Positions 48,341 to 57,537 of a DNA stretch of 57,537 nucleotides are shown one piece after another. This DNA comes from Phoronis australis (Eukaryota > Animalia > Phoronida). The stretch spans positions 762,112 to 819,648 of the forward strand of contig NMRA01000075.1 of assembly GCA_002633005.1 (NCBI GenBank), in the 5' to 3' direction. Within the stretch, counting starts at the first letter, position 1; the number at the start of each line of letters is the position of its first letter. Below the pieces are notes generated by a model. The model saw nothing but the letters and a program-made list of their open reading frames with translations, did no database searches and was not told the origin of the DNA. A program made the translations under genes and the position numbers.

Positions 48341-49132
48341 GTTAAGTGGACCTCCGGCATACCACGGACAGAGGAACAACTGTCCCACTTGCCAGAGTGT
48401 CCCGTGACACACTCCCACTGGATGGTAACCTGAGCACCCAAACTGCTTACATCGTGTCGTGTGACTCCCTCGCCACACACCTGGCACCTTCTAAATAGCT
48501 CCAACACTTTAGACAAGTCCACAATAAACTTATCAAAGTTTGGCTCACCGATCTGTTCACTGGACGACGAACTGTCCTCTTCACTGGGTGTCGAACTGGG
48601 CCTGTAATCACTCCCACTACTCAATATCGCTGCAGGGCTGCTTAGAGGCTCTGGGCTGGAGAAAACAGCACAGGGCGAATCACTACTGGTTCCAGGAATT
48701 GCACGCTCTGGGGTACGTTCGGAGGCACGGGTGACAGTAGATGAAGTGCCTCCACTGGCTCCAGTCACTGTACTGGCCACAGCTCGCGAGGCTTCTCGCT
48801 TCAAAAACGCACTTCTCGGGGGTGGCGACGGGGCACTGCCGGGAATCAACACAGACGGAATGGCATCCTTCTTCAGACGTTGTTTCGCAGGGACCTTCAT
48901 CAGTTCAGCGTACAAATCCCTTTCGTAATCGGACGGCAGAAAGTGCTTGCCACACACACACAGTAATTCTCGACTGCTTTGTACGTTGCATGTACGGGTA
49001 ACGCTGCGTTCTTACATGAACGGGCCAAGTACGGCGATGTGTGTCATCCATCGCAAAGCGATACTAAGGTACTCCCACAGCGGGCGTGAGACGATAATTA
49101 GTACATCCCGGTACGCAGCAACAGTGTGGCAT
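48340..49132 (-). pseudogene. Kolobok transposase N-terminus: THAP domain, Ser/Pro linker, CxxC...CxxGH zinc finger; DDE core deleted
   Basis: MPHCCCVPGCTN...W...VCGKHFLPSDY...RLKKDAIPSV (THAP, one in-frame stop and one frameshift); FIVDLSKVLELFRRCQVCG...WECVTGHSGKWDS. Confidence 0.85.
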
Positions 49133-49651
49133 GTTGACTGACTGGTAAATGAAAGCAAACGACGACGTAACTTAACACAACCGAGGTAGAACAATGACTG
49201 ACTCGGCAGCTCTCACAGTCAGACTATATGAAAAGAAATTGGCGCGAAATGCTTGCCTCCTAAAACGTCACTTCCGGAGTAGCGGACGAGTAATTAACAA
49301 ATTACGAAAAGCTGTACTGAAGTGGAAAATATGTCTAGGATAACCAATCAACCTTATTTAAGCTCAAAATGACATGAAAAAGGTTGCCTTCGCCTTTAAG
49401 CGATGAATTCAAGCGATAAGCTGACACCTGTAATCCGTGTTGTGAAATGCTGAACAGACTGCGTGTGAAACCAATGACGTCATTGGATGATTTCAATACT
49501 TTCGTCTGCCGTCAGGTGTCAGGAAACGCAACTAATTGGAGTATGGTATTGGCCGAAAACTCGCGGATAACGTACGACACCCTGAAGAGGGGGAAATTGA
49601 GGCTTCGATTTAATAGGCTCTGGTGTTGCAATTATGTTGCAGCGGCTTGGG

Positions 49652-50051
49652 AATTCACATTACACATATTCGTGTGTTACTTCACAAATTCGAATGCACA
49701 CATTTGTGTGCTACTTCACAAATTCGCATGCGCATATTTGTGTGTTACTTCACAAATTCTCATGCAGATATTCGTCTGTTACTTCACAAATTCACATGCA
49801 CATATTCCTATGTTACTTCACAAATTCACATGCACATATTCGTATGTTACTTCACAAATTCACATGCACATATTCGTCTGTTACTTCACAAATTCACATG
49901 CACATATTCGTATGTTACTTCACAAATTCACATGCACATATTCGTGTGTTACTTCACAAATTCACATGCACGTATTCGTGTGTTGCTTCACAAATTCACA
50001 TGCACATATTCTTGTGTTACTTCACAAGTCACATGCACATATTCGTGTGTC
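49652..50051. repeat. Minisatellite, ~11-12 x 34 bp (cacatattcgtgtgttacttcacaaattcacatg)
   Basis: cttcacaa recurs every 34 bp; accounts for the three overlapping periodic ORFs at 49447-50146. Confidence 0.95.
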
Positions 50052-52499
50052 GCGTCCTTTCTAAATGGCCAACTTCTCCCACTTCGGCGAAGACTCAGCT
50101 TCTTCAAAATATTTTAGATACCAGCAATTCTACATTTTCAAATTAACCCTGCATTAACACTGTATCACATATCTTATCTACTAGTCACACCAACTTTGAC
50201 CGAGTCGCCACCTTTTTACGAACATTGTATTGGAAAGGTATCCTCTGCAACTCGGTCAGTGACCAGATGTTTCGCAGCCAAAGTACAGTGCACACCAATA
50301 CACAAAACCCAATTAAATTACTGATTTCTGCTCCGTACATGTATACTCTATTCGATGTGTAGTTAAGAGAGTCTTCCGTTATCATTTTCATGGCCAACCA
50401 TTATTTTTAAGAATACCCTTTAAATTTTAATTTCTACCGATTGAGATTTTTTAAGTGGCGGTTTAGTTTTCACGACAGCGCTTTCCAACAATCTCCTATT
50501 AGTTGTCACGACATACTCGTGAAATTCTAAAGATCTCATGGGGAGAAAACAGAAGGAACAATCCTAACATTAATTCCTCAACGAAATATTGAACACCTCC
50601 GCCTGCAGCGACTAGTTCACTCAGTACCCAGCTCAGTGGGGTGCGCAGATATAAGATGTGCTAGTCAGTCACGTCATACAACGGTGCCATACAGCGCGGC
50701 ACACCACCAATACAACTAACTACCAATGTGTTAAGTTTGTGAACATTACCTGGGGGTCTGCTGGTTAACACGTCCGCCCACTGCCTCACTTCAAACGCCA
50801 TTGTTATAACAGAATTATCGCACTAAAATTTCTCCAAGATTTTCGACATGAATTTTATTAATTCTACTTCACACACCAATCAATGTGTATGAAAGCACCG
50901 CATAATTATACTAGAGAAGACGCACAGTGATGGTCGCTAGACTAAATCACCGTCGCAATAATACAGGTGTTTGTATTGCTTTCACTTTGTATCTGTAGAT
51001 GACACACGTCACTAAATCTAACAACAATCCAAATACGTGACCACACAGACAGTGATTGTCAGCTAAGTGGCCATAAGAAAGCCCTTTTGATAACTCGCTT
51101 TTAAACTAGATCTTAAACAAATTTTCCAGAGCAACTTGACACGAACTCTTTTGTCAGGGATTCGTCGGTTTGTCAACATTACGCGCCTCCTCTTGGATTA
51201 ATTAGACTACACACTGCCGTACACAGAGGACTGTGAGCGAGGTCGTGCGGCAATCTATGCATTGCACATATAGAAACTAAAATATTCACAGTGCCTTAAA
51301 TCGGCTCGTAACTACAAGTCAAAATAACTGAACTCGTCCAATAAACCGATAATTATAATATGTAGTTCCAACAAGTTCGTTATTCGTCCAACGTGAATTC
51401 ATGGGGCTCAAAAGAACTCGTGACGGTACTTCCAATAAATTGACAGGTATCGTTTTTGTCGAAATATTAGAATCCAATGTTTGTAAGCTATGGGCGAAAT
51501 CAGGTGAAATTGGAATTTATTGTATCGTCCAGGTACGGATATAGGTTACCTTGTCAAGCCAAGTTTGATAATATCAAAGTAGTGCATTACATAGCCATCA
51601 TTACTTTCGTCCAAGCTAGGAACCAGTAAGAGAGGTTCCTAGGTCTGCGTGAGAGTCGGAATAACTAATCACCAGATGACGCTTTTGTTGTGTTAAAACT
51701 GCCACGTCAGTGGATCATCACGTCACTGAGTGTACACTTACCCAACTCCATTACTTCGTTGACTGTGAGATTACGCAACTTTTTCCAGCGCGACATGTTG
51801 ATTAATATCTAGGCAGGTAGTGTGCTGTCCTTCTAGGGGTCGATCATTAAATCTTGCTGAAGTCCATTGTTCACACTGAAATAAGAGTCACTCTGCCTTT
51901 CATACTTAGCCATAAGAATATCACCAGTCTTCCGTTATGTCATTTTACCAAAACACTGAGCTAGAACTACTAAAATGAGTTTCATTTGACAGAAAAAACT
52001 CAATGCAGACCCAAGGCAGTCATAAGTTAGAATGTAATCAACAACATTCACAAATGAAAACGTGGGAAGCTTGGATCCAGGCCATATCGAAGAGGGACAC
52101 ATGTCCGCCGCAACACCCGTAAAAGCCAAGTGACAAAGCGCAGTCAACCACTGTGCGTTCATAGAATGGTTCTGTTGTTGTTGTGCTCTGATCACACTAA
52201 TTATACTCTTGATTCACAAAATTAGGAGGGCAATTCCAGTGATGGCACTCCAAAAACTTACGTCACTGAACTGACAGTTCTCGCCATGCCAACTTGCTAC
52301 ATTTTCGTCTGCCCTAGGGATATGTTACTTTTCGTGACCCTATCTAAATCGCTGTCCTACACCAGGCCCCTTTGTAGTGTTAACCCCTGGTGAGTGTAGA
52401 AATAAAATAATCCTCTCGCTAGGACAAGAGTAACTTGCAAAAGGAGTGTTTAATAAGATGAGGATAGAAAAATGAGTACCTGCACTGGTTTATCTATTA

Positions 52500-52760
52500 T
52501 AACAATCAAAGAAAAGTTCGAAAATTCAGGACTTGGAATATAGATGGTTGATATGCAACTTTCCGACTTCACTGTATGCAGACGATGTTGTGCTATTACA
52601 GGAAAACGAAAATAATTTGCAAAATTAACTTAATGTATTCTCAAAATGGTGTTACATATGCACTTTGACTATAAGTAAAAACTATAATACCTAAAGATGT
52701 CAATTTAAATTTAAATCTAAAGAAGATAGATAGTTATAAATATTTTGGAATTGTATTACA
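52500..52760 (+). mobile_element. Decayed non-LTR (CR1/L2-type LINE) reverse transcriptase fragment
   Basis: GLGI...LYADDVVLLQENENNLQN*LNVFSKWC...KIDSYKYFGI with stops and frameshifts. Confidence 0.75.
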
Positions 52761-54369
52761 AAAACAATAACTTAACTGACCATTTAGAACTCATCGTTCT
52801 TGACACACCTCCGTTTCCAAGCCGCCATTTTACCCGACAAGCAACACGTTGCCGGGTAAAACTTATTGTTTGTTAGCCGACATTACGCAAGGGGGTGAGC
52901 TCGCGATAGGTCAATTTCTGCGTGACTCACTAAGGCTTCGAATAAAGTGTACATGTTACCAGCAGCTTCTGTTTCTTTATCGTCACTCAGTTTCCGTAAT
53001 TTGCTTCGTTGCACAGTGGAGCAGACGATGGAAACGGAGTAGTGCGCAGTGCCACTACCGGTCGCCTGGAATATCACGCGCATATCGACCGGGAGCGGCA
53101 TTAATTAGCCATAGTTACCGTTACTATTGCATCCCCNNNNNNNNNNNNNNNNNNNNNNNNNNNNNNNNNNNNNNNNNNNNNNNNNNNNNNNNNNNNNNNN
53201 NNNNNNNNNNNNNNNNNNNNNNNNNNNNNNNNNNNNNNNNNNNNNNNNNNNNNNNNNNNNNNNNNNNNNNNNNNNNNNNNNNNNNNNNNNNNNNNNNNNN
53301 NNNNNNNNNNNNNNNNNNNNNNNNNNNNNNNNNNNNNNNNNNNNNNNNNNNNNNNNNNNNNNNNNNNNNNNNNNNNNNNNNNNNNNNNNNNNNNNNNNNN
53401 NNNNNNNNNNNNNNNNNNNNNNNNNNNNNNNNNNNNNNNNNNNNNNNNNNNNNNNNNNNNTTTAAGAAACTATAGAATTTAACACAGTAAAAGTATATTT
53501 TTCTGAGAGTGGAAATTCCGCAGGACCAATCTGTCATAAATTAGATCACGTGACCATGCTTTTTTAAGGAACTTTAGCGAAAAATTAAAGGTACATTCAT
53601 AGCAAAATATCATGATCAACGATGTGCCCAACATTTATGTGATATCGATTTCAAAATGTCGAAAACGCTGCTACACTGTTCTAAATTATCGTTTTGTTTT
53701 CGTAATAGGCAACTTCATTTTTTCACAAACATTTTGTAAATCCAAGTTTTCGAGAGTCCATCATGCAAAAGAGCATTCTCAATGAATCGCGACAATTCGA
53801 CACCTGAGGCACTCGATTTTCAATAATCTTCATCTGGACCTAACGTATTATTTTTTCTTAGTTTAATGTATGAATGATAAGTTTTGAATAATTTCCTCAT
53901 CTCAGCAAGTGCAGTTATAGAGTTATTTTGTTGTTTTATTAGAGCAACTGGATAATTTATTTGAAAACAGAAAAATGCGTTGATTGGGTTAATTTTATGT
54001 CTAGTTTATTATCATTGACAACGAACAATCTCATTGCGCAATTTTATTAATCAGTATGCTTGGTAAAATCGAGAAAAACAGCTCTTAGTATTTTCTACTT
54101 TCTTGTGTATTTTTCATGGACATATAAAAATTTAACTTTTGAACTAAATTTTTACTTTTTTAAAACACGTCGTTTGTTTATAACTGTGTTTTATAAAAAC
54201 AGGTGCCGTGGTGTTTGCACTTGTCTTAATCTTCATTAGCGACTATCGATCATTCAAAACTGGCATCCAATGTCCGGTAACGTGATGACTAAAAAATCCT
54301 TAAGCGAATTTTTAATCTAATTTCAAGAGAAGCATTTCAAAAACACTGAATTCGTAAGTGACACCGTTT

Positions 54370-54661
54370 CAGTGGCGGATTTAGGGGAGGCCAAGTGTGC
54401 CATGCCCTGCCCTAAAATTCTCCCAGATTCCATTTGGCAGTGCAGGGTGCGAATTGTCGACTAGCATATACACGCACGCAGGGGGACTCGGGGGATGGGG
54501 CGAAAGCACAATGCATAGGCCTTGAACAAACCCCGTTTTTTTTTAGTAATAAGGTCTACAAACCCAAAAATCAGAGATCCCCTACATCCCTGCATGACGC
54601 GAAATTCTGGTTATTCCTGAGCCCTGCCCCCTCCCAACTCAAAATCCTGGATCCGTCCTTG
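54370..54661. mobile_element. hAT-like MITE (CAGTGGCGGAT...ATCCGTCCTTG)
   Basis: Imperfect TIRs with GC-rich subterminal gccctgccc motifs; related ends at ~34813-34825 (minus strand) and 57499. Confidence 0.5.
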
Positions 54662-56039
54662 CGTTTTTTAGAGCAGTACTTAAAGTCTTACATCTCGAAG
54701 TTTCATTCCGATCACCCATTTAAGAGAGGTGATGTTCTGAAGTTGTTCAAAATTGAACGTTTTTCTAGAATCGTACATGCACATGTACATGTAACCTTTA
54801 CAGAATGAAATCCGTCATCACGGGGAAAACGGTATTTTGTGTGATTACTTGTGCCTTGTACTGTATGCGCGTGTCCAGGGCCTGTTTTACCAAAGGATTT
54901 ACGTCATGTTTCGTCTGTACTTCTAACACCTATACGTGGCCAGGGGCTGTCTCACAGAATGATTTATGACGTGTTTGGTATTAAGTCTGATTTACGATCG
55001 TGCAGAAAGGGGGGCACAAGACTACGGCCCCGAGCATCCGCATCGGGGGGGGGCATCCAATCACTGATTTGTAGGTAAATTGAATAAAGATTCTTAATTT
55101 ATGTTTCATCTTTTTTCTTTACTTAGTACTAGGGCTAATGAATTTGAGTAGAGAGAGGGGCATCTCATAAAAATGGTCCCGGGCATGACCAAACCTCTTC
55201 ACGCTACTGACCATAGGTACAATTTGCCAGATCTAAGATTATAAAGCCATAGAAAAATGTCAAAATTGGATCAACGGACTAAATTCGGGGCATCATATCT
55301 CCCCAATGGCTGATCAGATTTATAAAAATACTTTCAGCTACTACGCTTTATGTCTTGCTCTCTAAGCACTGTTAAAATGTTAATATTAAAGAAAGAAGGA
55401 CAAACCGAATGTAGGAGTGTTGTAACTTTCTCTAACGTTGCATAAACTGAAAACGAAATACTGTTTTGAAGAACCCTAACAACGTTTTTTAAAACTCATT
55501 TCCAACATTCATATTGAATAAAATTTAATCGTATTATTGATACCGTTGTTTTGCTATCCTACATATATTACTTTTTATCAGTTGTAGTAAAATGTGGTCA
55601 CGTGAACCAATTAATGACATATTTATGAAACGTGAAAACCCAAATTGTATAGTTTTGTAGGTATTTGGCCATTAAAAGCTCAGATTTGTCAATAAGGTGG
55701 TACATAACCTTAAAAGAGGATTTAAATGAGTTGTCGTGAACGGATAAAATCTCCCAACTGTTGTTAATTAGTCCGATATTGACGTACATGTAGAAGCATA
55801 CTCAGTAAACCCAGCTTCGTATGGGCCACGCGATCATTTCAACTTGAAGGTAAATGTGGGGTGAAAGACACCGTTATTTTTTCAGTATTTGAATGCAATC
55901 CACTTTGATGCCGGTATCGATGACTTCGCGTTTCCTCTGTTAAATGAAGTCGCTTTATTCAAAGAAAGAAATTCTTCGCCTCAAATCATCTCCATTGGAC
56001 AGGTTTCTTACCAAAGTGTCCAATCAGCCCGAGGTCGTG

Positions 56040-56051
56040 TATATATATATA

Positions 56052-56122
<71 letters not shown>
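56040..56122. repeat. (AT)n + (ATATGT)n microsatellite
   Basis: Visible directly; source of the YM/YV/IH low-complexity ORFs. Confidence 0.95.
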
Positions 56123-57245
56123 ACACTGTATGTATATAGCTGCAGTGCAGACAATGACAAACGTTCTGTGCAAACTTAAAATTGCACTTCGCTTTCATTT
56201 GTTTAAAGAGCTAAAATCGAAAATCATTATATTATTTGCCGTAATTGTATGCTAACAATTTTCTGTGTCCAACAAGAACATCGAAACTATCAGTACTTCT
56301 TGTGACACTTCTATGTTGGCACGGTTGCCACCCATATAAGTTGCGAATTCGAAAATGGCGAATGCGCGCATCGTCTGTGGCTTGGGTTGCAACAGAAATG
56401 GTGTCACATCACGTTACTTAAAGGAATTTGTGGCACTGATTTCATGAGAGTAAAAGGCCTAATTCGATTTCCAGCCACTGTTAGTCAGCTTAACGGGGCA
56501 AAATGCAGCTTTAATACAGTTATGGCAACACGCACAATGGTCCGCATTGTTTGCATGAACCGGCAACTTTGTGAATACTTAATTCTTACCGGATTATACT
56601 GTAGGCATTTATCATCACCAGGACGGCTTCTTGAGTTTGTTTGGGGATTATGGAACAGAAATGGGTGTTAGTGACGATAACCGCTGCCTAGCTGTTCGAG
56701 ACAACATTGTTTCCATTTTCTACACTGCGCATTTCAACTAAACTATTATTTCAACGGCCAAAATTCTGTTAACTAGCTATAACTGCGGACGAAAACTGAG
56801 ACTGACGCGCATTGCAACCACCGACTTTGTTCGATGTAAGTGCCGGGAAAGGGCAAAATATACGAGACGTAATAAATTTTCTCAGTGTACTGGTCATGTG
56901 TAGCGCTTTCCTAGAGGTGAAACGACTCACAACTTTATATTTTGTCCACGGGAAAAAGCAGCATTTGAAAGTGCAGTGATATATATATACACTGCCAGGT
57001 AAACTTGACCCATTGAGAACTGAACAGTGTCGTGGCCATCATAAATCATGGAAGCCTCTATTTAGCTTGAAATTTTAAAATATTCACGAATTCTAGTAGA
57101 GAACGGTCTATTTATACCTTGAAGATTTAAATCTTATATTAGACAACTATCGAAGACAAATTGTGCTACGTCAATTCATCCATTTTTCACAATAATCCGG
57201 GTGCTGCATAGTCCCCAGTCCCCCTGTGGTACACCACCCATAGAG

Positions 57246-57323
57246 CATGGGCGGCGCAGCACTGAAAAAAGTGTGGGCTATATAGCCCCCCCCATGCAGC
57301 CCCCTATGGTGCGCCGCCCGTGT
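57246..57323. mobile_element. Small palindromic MITE-like element
   Basis: CATGGGCGGCGCAGCA versus TGGTGCGCCGCCCGTG inverted termini. Confidence 0.4.
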
Positions 57324-57537
57324 ACTGGGGTCAGTATGCGAAGAATATACACGAGCACTCTCTCATGCAGTGTGATAAGCCTCAGATTTCTGTCTTGATT
57401 TTGACTTTGCTGTGTTAACACCCCAAATGATCACATTGTGGTTGATAACAACATAACCCATACTGATGTTGCATAACTCGATCAAAGTGGTTGCTTTGCA
57501 GGGGCGGCTCCAGGATTTTGTATTACTGGGTGAGGAC

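Larger units (their letters stand above)
47730..49395. mobile_element. Internally deleted Kolobok-superfamily DNA transposon (1666 bp)
   Basis: TTAA at 47726-47729 and 49396-49399; AGGCGAAGGCAACC termini; ~157-bp imperfect TIRs (47730-47887 and 49240-49395); two convergent gene remnants inside. Confidence 0.9.

Noticed and set aside
49447-50146. Three long overlapping His/Cys-rich ORFs
   Set aside because: Artefact of a stop-free 34-bp minisatellite; three units give the 34-aa periodicity in every frame
55889-56255. YV/YM/IH dipeptide-repeat ORFs
   Set aside because: Translation of the (ATATGT)n microsatellite

Overview
AT-rich, repeat-dense animal genomic DNA, probably a marine invertebrate (inferred from spliceosomal introns and Kolobok/Academ/P/Gypsy relics), with N-gaps at 16721-17531, 45191-45280 and 53137-53460. 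The one host gene I can reconstruct is a minus-strand, ~17-exon, ~780-aa cyclic-nucleotide-binding-domain (CNBD2-like) gene at 21342-41700. Its exons join in phase through GT-AG introns, and both phosphate-binding cassettes look degenerate. Around it are decayed mobile elements: a Kolobok DNA transposon at 47730-49395 (TTAA TSD, ~157-bp TIRs, THAP/zinc-finger transposase, convergent KolX/P2X7-ballast-like gene, central deletion); a Gypsy pol with an inverted copy of its 3' end across a gap; an Academ-like transposase relic; a P-element-like THAP relic; candidate solo LTRs, LINE fragments, MITEs and minisatellites. The most unusual observations are (1) about 30 copies of the palindrome TACATGTA that look like Tc1-type excision footprints, one a clean 6-bp in-frame insertion in the Gypsy RNase H and one inside a splice acceptor, and (2) a 5x77-bp tandem array that multiplies an exon end and its splice donor. 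I cannot establish a new biological system from sequence alone. All family calls are motif recognition by eye, not database results.
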